Both the position numbers and the translations under genes were made by a program. DNA of 64,000 nt, taken from contig CACWJA010000003.1 of NCBI GenBank assembly GCA_902761145.1, positions 92-64,091 of the forward strand. The letters run 5' to 3'. Position 1 is the first letter of the stretch. Each line of letters starts with the position of its first letter. Source of the stretch: an uncultured bacterium. GTDB lineage: Bacteria; Patescibacteriota; Saccharimonadia; Saccharimonadales; Saccharimonadaceae. The notes beneath the pieces are model-generated. The model had not been told where the DNA came from, searched no databases, and was given only the letters and a program-made list of their open reading frames with translations. Of the stretch, positions 26,295 through 36,454 are shown piece by piece.

Positions 26295-27917
26295 TTATAT
26301 CACACGTGATACTTCTGCCAAAGTAGTTTCACCTCTCAACACCGCAAGCACACCCTTTTGTTCCAGAGTCAACATGCCATGCTTACGAGCAGTTTCCTCT
26401 ATTATATCGGTGTTAATATCTGATACATCACCACGAATAAACGCCTGTATATCGTTACTAACCACTAGTTGTTCCATTATTACGGTTCTCCCACTATAGC
26501 CAAAAGGGCTCTCTTCCGTCGAAACCGGATCATATAGTAGCGGTGCATCCATATCAAAATCGGATAATATATCCATATTTACCCCATTCAGCACCTTATA
26601 AATATACCCACGCTCAGCTTCTGTAGCAGGACGCGGTTTTTTTGAACTAGCCAATTTACGCACTAATCTCTGAGCCACAATTAATCGTATCGAACTTGCA
26701 AATATTGGATTCACGCCAATCAAATCAATCATACGAGAAAACGCTGCCGCCGTAGAGTTAGCATGAAAGCTGGATAATACTAAATGCCCAGTAATCGATG
26801 CCTGAATGGCCGTCTTAGCCGTATCGGCATCCCGAATCTCGCCTACCATTACTACATCTGGGTCTAACCTCAATACAGATCTCAGCCCTTCTGCAAAAGA
26901 ATCCCCAGTATTAGTATTAATAGGGATTTGCGAAATCCCAGTAATGCCATATTCTATTGGATCCTCCAAAGTTATTATCTTCCTATCAGTCGTATTTAAC
27001 GCATTTAGCATCGAGTACAATGTAGTAGATTTACCAGACCCAGTTGGCCCCACCATCAGTACCAGCCCTCTAGGGTGTGATATTATCTCATTGATTGCAG
27101 CCCGTTCACTATTAGACAAGCCTAACAAATCCAAGTTCAATAAACTTTCGTCAAAATTAAATAGCCTAAGTACTGCATCTTGGCCATACATCGTAGGTAT
27201 AGTTTCTACACGGATATTCAACATATGAGTTGCCCCATCTCTGTGTATCTCTTTTTGCATATGTCCAGATTGCGGCTTATTGGACGCAGTAGAAACATCA
27301 GCTCTAGACGACAACTCCCCCATAAATACCCTATACCTATCTCTACTTATAATGGCCACAGGGTGCAGCAACCCATCCACACGCATCCGTATGCGTATCT
27401 CGTCACGCAGATTTTCAATATGAATATCAGATGCGCCTAATTTATCCGCTTGATCTACCAGAAAATCAAAGACTTTTTCAGTAGACACCGTATCCAAAGT
27501 CTTCGACACACTTGATATAGTCTCAGAATCCCCCTCTCCGGCAATCTTTATATCATCATATTCTATTACCTTCGGTGGATCATATCTTAACATAAATACT
27601 TTATACGCAGAATTTGATATCAAGAAAAAGTCTATCCGCTCACCTTTGTCAGTATATTCTTGTTGCATCCTGTCTATCACGGTACGCGGAGTCTGGCTAG
27701 TCACCAAAAACTGATAATGGTCTTCTCCACCACCACCCTGCAAAGGTATTACATAATTTTGGTGCATTTCCTGTATCGACAAAAGATTTGGAGTAAGCGG
27801 CAATTCATTTTCGAAACCACGCGTGTCTAGATACGGTATTCTCAATATCCTTGCCCTATCAGCAGTAGCCCGCTCTTCGTTATCGCGTCGTTTTTGCTGT
27901 ATTTCGCTCTCATCCAT
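26295..27917 (-). CDS. GspE/PilB-family secretion ATPase (second copy, outside the main pilus locus)
   Basis: MVGPTGSGKSTTLYS Walker A, VVMVGEIRD, VLSSFHANS. N-terminal T2SSE_N-like region. Start set to the ATG 27917 (TGGTATAAT-N6-ATG, leaderless); the track start at 27935 is a TTG inside that -10 box. Confidence 0.8.
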   Translation of the reverse strand: MDESEIQQKRRDNEERATADRARILRIPYLDTRGFENELPLTPNLLSIQEMHQNYVIPLQGGGGEDHYQFLVTSQTPRTVIDRMQQEYTDKGERIDFFLISNSAYKVFMLRYDPPKVIEYDDIKIAGEGDSETISSVSKTLDTVSTEKVFDFLVDQADKLGASDIHIENLRDEIRIRMRVDGLLHPVAIISRDRYRVFMGELSSRADVSTASNKPQSGHMQKEIHRDGATHMLNIRVETIPTMYGQDAVLRLFNFDESLLNLDLLGLSNSERAAINEIISHPRGLVLMVGPTGSGKSTTLYSMLNALNTTDRKIITLEDPIEYGITGISQIPINTNTGDSFAEGLRSVLRLDPDVVMVGEIRDADTAKTAIQASITGHLVLSSFHANSTAAAFSRMIDLIGVNPIFASSIRLIVAQRLVRKLASSKKPRPATEAERGYIYKVLNGVNMDILSDFDMDAPLLYDPVSTEESPFGYSGRTVIMEQLVVSNDIQAFIRGDVSDINTDIIEETARKHGMLTLEQKGVLAVLRGETTLAEVSRVI

Positions 27918-27980
27918 ATTATGATTATACCACAAGCCTTTTAGTCATCATTAAAAAACTCCCATACAATTGTACGGGAG

Positions 27981-28085
27981 CTAGCGACCATTCTTCAAAC
28001 GAGGATGCTTGCGTTTATCGCTATGTTTGTGGTTGTTGTTACGATTTTGTTTCGATACCACTTTCATTTTAAATTTTCTTGCCAT
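27981..28085 (-). CDS. Candidate small, highly basic protein (34 aa; MARKFKMKVVSKQNRNNNHKHSDKRKHPRLKNGR)
   Basis: Not in the ORF track because it is under 60 aa. The ATG at 28085 lies 6 nt after an extended -10 (TGGTATAAT, 28100..28092 on the minus strand), the same architecture as neighbouring leaderless genes. Confidence 0.4.
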   Translation of the reverse strand: MARKFKMKVVSKQNRNNNHKHSDKRKHPRLKNGR

Positions 28086-28148
28086 ACTTATATTATACCA
28101 CATTTTTTAATACTTGCTACCAGCTCTCTACTGAGATATAATAAGATT

Positions 28149-29036
28149 ATGGCTAAAAAGTCCCACACCTATAAACAACGCAGGTTCATTTCATTCCCCA
28201 CCGTCATTACTATACCCATCATTGTTCTCACCATTATCAGCACTTTCCTTTTTATCCGCAACATAGAAACCTACGATTATATCGTAGAAACAAACGCATT
28301 CTTTGCCCCATTTGAATTTTACGATAACCGCAAAATTGTCGGCGTAGATATAGATATCATTCATCAAGTGGCTAACAAACTCAACGCCAAAATAGACATC
28401 AGAAATGTTGACTTTGACCTCATTATCGACAACGTTGCCGACGGGGTCATTGCTGATGCCGGTGCCGCAGGCCTTACCATTACACCCGCTCGTGCCGAAA
28501 AGGTTGATTTCAGCATTCCCTACTACACATCCGCCCAATATATTATATTCGGTCAGAACTCTATTCCTTCCGTCCGCAACGATCACGTTACATGGGAATC
28601 CTTAGCAAGCAAAGTACTGGGTTCACAAATGGGTAGCACTGGCTACCTATTCGCAGCCAACGAAATCGAAAACGGCTCTTTGCAGCATACCAACACCACA
28701 ATCAAAGGCTTAGATTCCCACCAGCTTGCCGCCGACGCCATCAATGCACATATCATAGATTATGCCATAGCTGACAAATTAGCAGCTGAATATATCGTCA
28801 ATAAAAACCCCAGTCTCGCCACTCTCCCCCTTTACTATCAAGGCTCCACACCAGACGACGATTATCCAGTTGAAGAATCCTACGCAATCGCGGTCAATAA
28901 ACATTGCCCAGAATTACTCACCGCCTTCAATGAAGTTCTCACTGAAATGCTACAGCCAAACGCAGACGGTGTCACAGAAATAGATCAACTCGTTCTAAAA
29001 TACCTCAACCTAAACGAATCTATAACAAATCAATGA
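28149..29036 (+). CDS. Polar amino-acid ABC transporter substrate-binding protein (SBP_bac_3 type), membrane-anchored
   Basis: Start at the ATG 28149 (TATAAT-N6-ATG). TM anchor, then FAPFEFYDNRKIVGVDIDIIHQVANKL..GLTITPARAEKVDFSIPYY. Confidence 0.8.
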   Translation: MAKKSHTYKQRRFISFPTVITIPIIVLTIISTFLFIRNIETYDYIVETNAFFAPFEFYDNRKIVGVDIDIIHQVANKLNAKIDIRNVDFDLIIDNVADGVIADAGAAGLTITPARAEKVDFSIPYYTSAQYIIFGQNSIPSVRNDHVTWESLASKVLGSQMGSTGYLFAANEIENGSLQHTNTTIKGLDSHQLAADAINAHIIDYAIADKLAAEYIVNKNPSLATLPLYYQGSTPDDDYPVEESYAIAVNKHCPELLTAFNEVLTEMLQPNADGVTEIDQLVLKYLNLNESITNQ

Positions 29037-29085
29037 AAGGAACATCAATGACACATAGCCACACTTACCATAGGAGTAATTCATA

Positions 29086-29793
29086 ATGGATAATTTCATA
29101 AACAAATTAGTCGAACTTTTTACTACACCTAGATATATCGAATCCTTACTGCACGGTTTTCTGCTTACCATGCAAATTGCATTCTTTGCGATTATTATTG
29201 GCCTCATCCTCGGAACTATCATTGCACTTGTAGATACCGCCAAGCGCTCCAAATGGATGATAATACCAAAGTTTGTCTGTAAAACCTACACTACTATCAT
29301 CCGTGGCACGCCTATGGCCCTCCAGCTATTCATAATGTTTTTTGTGATATTCGCCATTCGCGGTTTTCCACAAATCATCACCGCCATATTAGCTTTCGGT
29401 TTTAATTCCGCAGCTTACGTAGCAGAAGTCATTAGAAGCGGCATCCAATCAGTAGATATCGGCCAAACTGAAGCAGGCCTAGCATTGGGATTATCTAGAT
29501 TAACAATCTTTCGTTATATTGTTGCCCCACAAGCCATCAGAAATATCATTCCAGCCCTAGGCAACGAAATAATAACCGTCATCAAAGAAACAGCGATCGT
29601 CAGCATGGTAGGAATGTACGATCTCAATATGGCCGCCAAAGATATCGGCTCAGGTCAAAACATGGCTAGCTATATCGTGCCAATGTTCGTCGCAGCATTA
29701 TTCTACCTCATAGTTATATACTTCATTACTTTTATCATTAAACGCATCGAAAAACACCTGAAAAAAAGTGATCTAAAGACATCGGAGGCCTAA
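29086..29793 (+). CDS. Polar amino-acid ABC transporter permease
   Basis: EAA-loop motif QTEAGLALGLSRLTIFRYIVAPQAIRNIIPALGNE. TAGGAG SD. Confidence 0.85.
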   Translation: MDNFINKLVELFTTPRYIESLLHGFLLTMQIAFFAIIIGLILGTIIALVDTAKRSKWMIIPKFVCKTYTTIIRGTPMALQLFIMFFVIFAIRGFPQIITAILAFGFNSAAYVAEVIRSGIQSVDIGQTEAGLALGLSRLTIFRYIVAPQAIRNIIPALGNEIITVIKETAIVSMVGMYDLNMAAKDIGSGQNMASYIVPMFVAALFYLIVIYFITFIIKRIEKHLKKSDLKTSEA

Positions 29794-30519
29794 ATGGATA
29801 ATATTATCACTATCAAAAATCTCAAAAAGCATTACGGAAACAACGAAGTCTTACGTGGCATAAATTTCTCACTAGTCAAAAACGAAAATGTCGTAATCTT
29901 AGGCCCCAGCGGTTCTGGCAAATCTACTTTCTTGCGCTGCATCAATCATATAGAAGAACCTACCTCGGGTGAAATATATTTCAATAGCACCCTCATTACT
30001 AACAAAAATATCCAGAAAATACGCCAAGACATCGGCATGGTTTTTCAACATTTCAATCTAATAAACAATCTTACCGTCATGGACAATCTCATCTTAGCTC
30101 CTACCAAATTAAAAATAATGGAACGTGAAGCAGCAGAGAAAAAAGCACACTCTTTGCTCCGCCATATTGGCTTATCGTCCAAAGCATATTCATATCCATC
30201 TAGCCTTTCAGGTGGCCAAAAACAGCGTATTGCTATTATCCGCTCTATGATGCTTAGCCCAAAAGTTTTATTATTTGATGAACCCACCTCTGCGCTAGAT
30301 CCCGAATCAATTGGTGATGTATTATCCCTTATTCGTGAAGTAGCCAATGCTGGTATGACCACTATGATAGTTACGCATGAAATGAATTTTGCTAAAGAGA
30401 TAGCCTCAAGAATAATCTTTATCGACAAAGGTAAAATCATCGAAGAAGGTACACCTACAGAATTCTTCACCCATCCACAAACCCCACGAGTTAGAGAATT
30501 CTTGCAAAAAGTCTTGTAA
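29794..30519 (+). CDS. Polar amino-acid ABC transporter ATP-binding protein (GlnQ-like)
   Basis: [34 protein letters not shown]. The ATG abuts the upstream stop. Confidence 0.9.
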   Translation: MDNIITIKNLKKHYGNNEVLRGINFSLVKNENVVILGPSGSGKSTFLRCINHIEEPTSGEIYFNSTLITNKNIQKIRQDIGMVFQHFNLINNLTVMDNLILAPTKLKIMEREAAEKKAHSLLRHIGLSSKAYSYPSSLSGGQKQRIAIIRSMMLSPKVLLFDEPTSALDPESIGDVLSLIREVANAGMTTMIVTHEMNFAKEIASRIIFIDKGKIIEEGTPTEFFTHPQTPRVREFLQKVL

Positions 30520-30566
30520 AAAAGCGCCGCCATCAGCAACGCTTTTTACTATTCTGCTATTTCACG

Positions 30567-31082
30567 CTATCTAGTATACTTCTCGTTTAAATCGCTATAA
30601 TCATATAGCTCATTAGCATTAAACCACAGATCGATCTCTTTCTTGGCCTCTTCAGCATTGCTCGAGGCATGCACCAAATTTGGTACCCCAGTACCCTTCG
30701 CATCCGAATATCCAAAACTCATATGTGAAAAATCTCCACGTATAGTGCCCATCTCTGCAGATTTTGGCTCAGTTGGGCCTACTATCTTACGCACCAGAGG
30801 TATTGCTTCCACGCCTTCAAGTATCATTGCTACTACCGGTCCAGTCATCATATACTCTACATTGTAGCGAAACACTTGTTCGCCACGCCTCGTAATCATT
30901 TGCCCTATTCCTTCGTAGTGCTCACGATACAAATGTTCATCCGGCATTACCATCTTCATGCCAACGATTTTCAAGCCCACACGCTCAAACCTTTGGATAA
31001 TCTCACCTATTATACCACGCTGCACAGCATCTGGTTTTAATACCACCAAACTTCTCTGAATAAAATCTTGTGATTTTGCCAT
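30567..31082 (-). CDS. ndk: Nucleoside diphosphate kinase
   Basis: LVVLKPDAVQRGIIGEIIQRFERVGLKIVGMKM, TIRGDF, NLVHASS (active-site His). Confidence 0.85.
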   Translation of the reverse strand: MAKSQDFIQRSLVVLKPDAVQRGIIGEIIQRFERVGLKIVGMKMVMPDEHLYREHYEGIGQMITRRGEQVFRYNVEYMMTGPVVAMILEGVEAIPLVRKIVGPTEPKSAEMGTIRGDFSHMSFGYSDAKGTGVPNLVHASSNAEEAKKEIDLWFNANELYDYSDLNEKYTR

Positions 31083-31119
31083 ATATTCTCCTTTTTTTCA
31101 TTATAGCATATTTTACATC

Positions 31120-34100
31120 CTACAGTATTATTTCAACTCCACCGGTAATAGTTCTCTCCCCTGCATCACGTGCACCACCATCACCAAATTCTATATAATG
31201 ATCGCCAAATCCAGATTCAGGCACAACAACTCTCATCTCCTGTATGTTCGCTATATCAATCGCCTCCGTCGTTGCCAACCTTTCCGACAAGCCTTCAGCA
31301 TCCATACTTACCCCGCAACTATTCAAGCTAGTACTCGGTATTACTATAGATATAGGTACCTCCGGGAACTGTCGCTTTAATTCTCTCGCTTTCTTAAGTA
31401 CAGTTTCTACATGGTTCATCATGATATCACTATTTCCAGTTCCATACACTCGGTCCATCACAAAACTCATCCGCCTATGATCATCTTCGCCAGTCTGCAC
31501 AAAAGTAGGCACAAAGTATACTATTTCATCCGTAATACTGTCATTACGGCTTATGTCATTATTAGAATATAGATAAAATTTGTATCCCTCGCCAAATGTT
31601 AAATTCGTATCATTATTTATGCCCCTAGTTTTACAACTCAGACACGCCCGCATATTTTCAATAATCACAGGCATACTGGTCGTGCATGTACTAGAAATCA
31701 TAGCCCCTCTTTCTGATCCATAAATAATTTTTTCCATCTCACGTATTTTATCTACAACACCTGAAGGAGCACTACTATGCATAGATTTTTCCATCTTAAC
31801 GAAGTTCTGTACTATCTTATTATAAATATTATCAAGTTCAGCCATTCTACTACGTATAGCCCCAATATATTCATCTATTGCCGCTTTCTCCTCGTCATTC
31901 AATTTGTCTTTTTGCTTTACCACTAAATTGTCCAAGAAATCCAAATCCGCACTAATCGCCAATACTCCCGACTGTGGCCTAAACTCCTCACCCAACCTAC
32001 CAAAAATCTGCACAATCTCACTAGGCGGCATCAACATACTCTGCAATTCATTTATTTTTCGGGGGACTTCATCGCGTTCCATTCCTGCCATTATATTGAA
32101 CGGTTCTTTTATACCATTTAATCCCTTTTGGAAATAAACATTTATGTTTTTGGCCGTCACCTCAATATCGTTGTCACTCAAGATTCTGATAAGCACATCT
32201 GCAATTTCTTCTTCACCTTGCCCATACACCACCTCCTTACCATTTAGACGTTGATATAATATAGCTGCCACTTTACCCACATCCTTTACTGAGTACCTTC
32301 CAAGCAATTCTACTCTCGCCTTGTCCATCTTATCGGGGTACAAATCTGGATCCATCAATTCCTGTACACTGCCAAAGATACCCTGCAACTTCAAATCAAT
32401 AGTTTGAACGCTTCCAAACCTTCGCTCCACAACTTCCCCCTGCAGAGCCCTCCTAAATTCTTCCAACCTATCTGCCGACTGTATCCCAGTATTCTCTGCA
32501 TTCACTGGATTATTGGCCCTACTCCCATCCAGCGCCTCTTGTACATGAAAAGCCGAGGCTACATTAAGATAATCCCCCGGCGCAACCTCCTCTCCACTCC
32601 GCATTCTATCCCACATTCTGCTTTCACTAAGCTGCAAAGCCAAATAATACCCAATCAGATCTTTTCTAGCCTCAGAAGCATCATTCAAATTTCCAAGGTA
32701 CAGCGCCATGTCCTCTATCACTCTAGCATTATCCCTGCTCAACTCCGCTGGAACCGTTCCAGACAAAAACCCAAATTTCTCCTGGAAAAGTTCCGATATC
32801 TCGCCGAATATAGTCTTCCGCACAATATCTATGCCTTCTCTGCGCTTATCAGCTGATAATTCTTGCAAATTAAACGGTAACAAAGCATTATGCAACTGAT
32901 TTTTTAAAGTCTCCATATCTACGGATTCATAAGATATGGTCGAATATCCAACTCCTACCCCATCACTGTGGTCTTCATAGTTTCTAAGCAAAGCCAATTT
33001 AGCACGATACAATGGATATATTTCAGTTACAAATGTTTGAAAATCCTTTTTATCTGGAATATTAGCAAAAAGATTCACAAATTCCAAATACAACTCTGGA
33101 CTAGCTTGCAGTATTTCTGTAGATATTGCATAGAAATTCGTCTTTTCCTGATTGGTCCAATGATTTTTGGCCATCTTTTGTTCTATAGCTCTCGTGAATA
33201 TTCTCCCATCTTCACCAGCAGATTCTATATTTCCTATAAAGCTAAGTAAAGCCTCTATCTGCGTGAGTGGTCCTGCACCACCATTTTCAGCCATATATCT
33301 ATAAAGCACCCGAAGACCAACTCCAACCTCAGCACCTTCCTCACCGTTTATATATTCATCATAAATACCCCGCAACTGGCCTAACGCCACATTCTTCACA
33401 TCACTCCCAGCAAAAGCCTCTTTTATCCATAAATCATCTTCCAGAGCATCGCCCCAGTCGTTAGCATCCATCTTAATAAATCTTGTCAATATTGCAATTA
33501 TGTTCTTCTCATCTATTTTTTCACTTTTAGATATCTTATTCCTCGAAATTCCCATCACAAACTGCGTCTCGACATCGCCTAAATCTATACTTTTTATCAT
33601 CTCCTCATCCATTCTCGAAAAAAACGCATAATCACCACTGTCCAAAATCGCCTGCCACAACTCTCGCCTAGCCCCAGAATCTGTACAATATTCGTAAAAT
33701 TCTTCTTTAGATATTTTTTCCAAACCGGCTAAACAATATTTGCTATAAGCATCAATAAAAACTCTAGCCACTCCGCCAAAATCAGCTTCAGGTATATTTC
33801 GTATATTTTTGGCAAGATAGTCAAATTTTTGGCACTCAAAACATTTCCGCCACAATTCCGGCTTCGGCGTCCCGCTAGGCGTAAAATATTTATCCACTAC
33901 TGATTCTGGCAATTCATTTAATCTAATTGTAGGATCTATTATCGCAGATATCTCTTGCAAATCATATATTTTGCGTTTTTCCTCCTCATCCAAAAAGCAT
34001 TCCAAACTAACCCTAGGGTACATATCATACGATTCATCGGAAATATAATTATAAAGCTCGTTAAACAGCCTCTGCCTAGGGTTACCATTTTTGTCAAAAT

Positions 34101-35439
34101 ATTTTGTTTTTTCTTTCTCATGAAAAAAATGAACAAATAAAGATAATCTATCTTCTTCTGTAAATTCACCATTTGCCAATTTTGCTATTACGTTAAATTT
34201 CTGACAGTTAGGATAATTCTGAAATACTTCTCTTGCTTGCATATCCTCCAAAATCTCACGATTCTGTGCCAGCATCAAGAACATCATTGGTAATTTATCA
34301 TGCTTAGACACATAAAGAGAGCGTTCTAAACCTTTCTCCATATTATCCATTATGGCAGCCTGAAATTCCGGAGTCTTCAACGCTTCTAAAAACACTTCAC
34401 TCCTAAAAAGCTCTATTGATTTCTCAGGGCTGTACTCATATAAACTTTTAGCAAACATTCTCATCACCGAGGCATTACTAAAATCAAACTTCTCCTGTAA
34501 TATCTCAGCTTTATCTTTATAATCTGTATCATGATAATGATGCCCTAGTGCCTGCCACTTCAAATCTTCGAAATTTGCCAATTCATTTTCACCTGTTCTT
34601 TGCGAAATATCATACCAATATTTTGCATCATCATCACCTTCATCTTTCTCCGGCATTACTACCCCAGCTTGTAACATAGCATCAATCTCACCCATACGAA
34701 ATTTCGTAGGGCTGTCTAAAGCGGACTCATACACTTGTCGTATATCCTCACTATCAAGAATCTGATTATCCAACAAAAAATTAACGAACCTACCCCCACT
34801 TTCCCTATTCCTATTTAATTCACTTTTTGCTGCCACGTCAGCTATACTCACTCCTGCCCTCTTCAACGCCTTCAAAACATTCAGCTCTCCTTCATCGCAT
34901 TGTCCTTCCAATATATTTGGCGAATGATATAACGAATTAGTAAAATCCTTTCCGTCTATCAAATCCTCGCGAAACTTTTTCTCACCTTCTGGATTGCCCA
35001 CCATAGACTCGTAGAACATACCTAGCACAGATAGTGACACCCTATACTGTTGATCTTCGACCATTTCATTATAATATTCAGGATCATCAAGCACTATTTC
35101 TACCGGCATTCCTGCTTCGCAAAGCTCATATACTTTGCATTCACCCAACTTCGCCATCCTATCTACTATCTCTTTATCACTCCAATATTCGCCGGCATTA
35201 ACTTTCCTCAATAATTCTTCCCATTCTTCCCATCCTTCATCATCAATATCGCTAAGAGACAAATTTTCAAAATATTCCAGCTTTTCTACCAATTCTTTTC
35301 TAGCCTGATCATTCTCCCCGCTTAATTCTCCCATCTTGTTTTGCAAAGCCGCTACAGACTCCCACCCGGTAATATCCCCTGGCGCCTCATCCACACCATT
35401 CTCACTATTCATCGTCGTTGTCAATTCTTCTTCACTCAT
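31120..35439 (-). CDS. 1439-aa hypothetical cytoplasmic protein with no domain I can recognise
   Basis: Uninterrupted 4.3-kb ORF. Acidic, largely helical by composition, no TM or signal peptide. The last ~270 aa differ in composition from the helical body and contain CLSC. Confidence 0.7.
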   Translation of the reverse strand: MSEEELTTTMNSENGVDEAPGDITGWESVAALQNKMGELSGENDQARKELVEKLEYFENLSLSDIDDEGWEEWEELLRKVNAGEYWSDKEIVDRMAKLGECKVYELCEAGMPVEIVLDDPEYYNEMVEDQQYRVSLSVLGMFYESMVGNPEGEKKFREDLIDGKDFTNSLYHSPNILEGQCDEGELNVLKALKRAGVSIADVAAKSELNRNRESGGRFVNFLLDNQILDSEDIRQVYESALDSPTKFRMGEIDAMLQAGVVMPEKDEGDDDAKYWYDISQRTGENELANFEDLKWQALGHHYHDTDYKDKAEILQEKFDFSNASVMRMFAKSLYEYSPEKSIELFRSEVFLEALKTPEFQAAIMDNMEKGLERSLYVSKHDKLPMMFLMLAQNREILEDMQAREVFQNYPNCQKFNVIAKLANGEFTEEDRLSLFVHFFHEKEKTKYFDKNGNPRQRLFNELYNYISDESYDMYPRVSLECFLDEEEKRKIYDLQEISAIIDPTIRLNELPESVVDKYFTPSGTPKPELWRKCFECQKFDYLAKNIRNIPEADFGGVARVFIDAYSKYCLAGLEKISKEEFYEYCTDSGARRELWQAILDSGDYAFFSRMDEEMIKSIDLGDVETQFVMGISRNKISKSEKIDEKNIIAILTRFIKMDANDWGDALEDDLWIKEAFAGSDVKNVALGQLRGIYDEYINGEEGAEVGVGLRVLYRYMAENGGAGPLTQIEALLSFIGNIESAGEDGRIFTRAIEQKMAKNHWTNQEKTNFYAISTEILQASPELYLEFVNLFANIPDKKDFQTFVTEIYPLYRAKLALLRNYEDHSDGVGVGYSTISYESVDMETLKNQLHNALLPFNLQELSADKRREGIDIVRKTIFGEISELFQEKFGFLSGTVPAELSRDNARVIEDMALYLGNLNDASEARKDLIGYYLALQLSESRMWDRMRSGEEVAPGDYLNVASAFHVQEALDGSRANNPVNAENTGIQSADRLEEFRRALQGEVVERRFGSVQTIDLKLQGIFGSVQELMDPDLYPDKMDKARVELLGRYSVKDVGKVAAILYQRLNGKEVVYGQGEEEIADVLIRILSDNDIEVTAKNINVYFQKGLNGIKEPFNIMAGMERDEVPRKINELQSMLMPPSEIVQIFGRLGEEFRPQSGVLAISADLDFLDNLVVKQKDKLNDEEKAAIDEYIGAIRSRMAELDNIYNKIVQNFVKMEKSMHSSAPSGVVDKIREMEKIIYGSERGAMISSTCTTSMPVIIENMRACLSCKTRGINNDTNLTFGEGYKFYLYSNNDISRNDSITDEIVYFVPTFVQTGEDDHRRMSFVMDRVYGTGNSDIMMNHVETVLKKARELKRQFPEVPISIVIPSTSLNSCGVSMDAEGLSERLATTEAIDIANIQEMRVVVPESGFGDHYIEFGDGGARDAGERTITGGVEIIL

Positions 35440-35494
35440 CTACCTATAGTTTATCACACTAACCACAAGAACTACAATTTGTTATAATAATACT

Positions 35495-36433
35495 ATGTAT
35501 ATTTCTGATCTTATCGAAGATTTTCTCGAACACCTAGAAATCGAGTCTGGCCGCAGCAAAAAAACCATCGACAATTATCGCCTATATCTAGAACGATTTC
35601 TCGAAATCTCACAAGAAATTCTGAACAAAGACGATATTAAGCCTACCGACATAGATAAAGAGTTGCTCCGCAAATATCGACTACGCCTCAATCGCTACGG
35701 TTCCGAAAACGGCACCGAAGACCTCAAGGTTATCACGCAAACATACCATCTCATCGCCCTGCGCGGCTTCCTCAAATATCTCACTCGTCGCGATATCAAG
35801 TCCCTCGATCCTTCCCTCGTAGACCTCCCACACGTCATTCGCAAACAAGTTACATTCCTGCATTACGACGAAGTCGAAGATATGCTAGAGCAAATCGATA
35901 CTTCCACCGAATCCGGCCTCAGAGATCGTGCCATTATCGAACTATTATATTCTGGCGGCCTACGCGTATCAGAGCTCATCAATCTAGACCGTGGCTCCAT
36001 CAACCTAGAGCGCCGCGAATTCATGGTGCGTGGCAAAGGTAGCAAAGATCGCCCTATTTTTATCAGCCAATCCGCAGCAGACAGAGTACAAGATTACCTC
36101 GATGCCCGCACCGATTCTCTCCCCGCACTTTTCCTCAATAACTCCCGCAACACCCAAACCATTGATACTTCTGGCAACTATCGCCGTATCACCGCCCGTA
36201 GCGTAGAGCGCATAATAGAAAAATACGCCCGTCTCGCTGGCATCACCAAACACGTCTCGCCACATACGCTAAGGCATTCTTTTGCTACAGACCTTCTTAT
36301 GAACGGAGCCGATCTCCGTGCTGTCCAATCCATGCTTGGCCATGCTGATATATCCACCACGCAAATCTACACCCACGTCACCGACGCCCACCTCAAGGAA
36401 ATACATGACAAATTCCATTCGGAAACAAAATAA
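35495..36433 (+). CDS. XerC/XerD-family tyrosine recombinase
   Basis: N-terminal SAM-like domain (FLEHLEIESGRSKKTIDNYRLYL). Catalytic motifs GLRVSEL, HTLRHSFATDLL, LGHADISTTQIYTHV. Leaderless-type start (TATAAT-N6-ATG). Confidence 0.85.
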   Translation: MYISDLIEDFLEHLEIESGRSKKTIDNYRLYLERFLEISQEILNKDDIKPTDIDKELLRKYRLRLNRYGSENGTEDLKVITQTYHLIALRGFLKYLTRRDIKSLDPSLVDLPHVIRKQVTFLHYDEVEDMLEQIDTSTESGLRDRAIIELLYSGGLRVSELINLDRGSINLERREFMVRGKGSKDRPIFISQSAADRVQDYLDARTDSLPALFLNNSRNTQTIDTSGNYRRITARSVERIIEKYARLAGITKHVSPHTLRHSFATDLLMNGADLRAVQSMLGHADISTTQIYTHVTDAHLKEIHDKFHSETK

Positions 36434-36454
36434 TCCGATATATTATCTATATCA

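Noticed and set aside
35495-36433. The Xer-type recombinase as the integrase of a mobile element, or of the tRNA-linked repeats
   Set aside because: It has the typical XerC/D size and motifs. It is not adjacent to any tRNA or direct repeat (the nearest is 4 kb away), and its flanking genes are chromosomal (ndk, pilus). It is most simply the chromosome-dimer resolvase. A role at the tRNA elements cannot be excluded but is unsupported.
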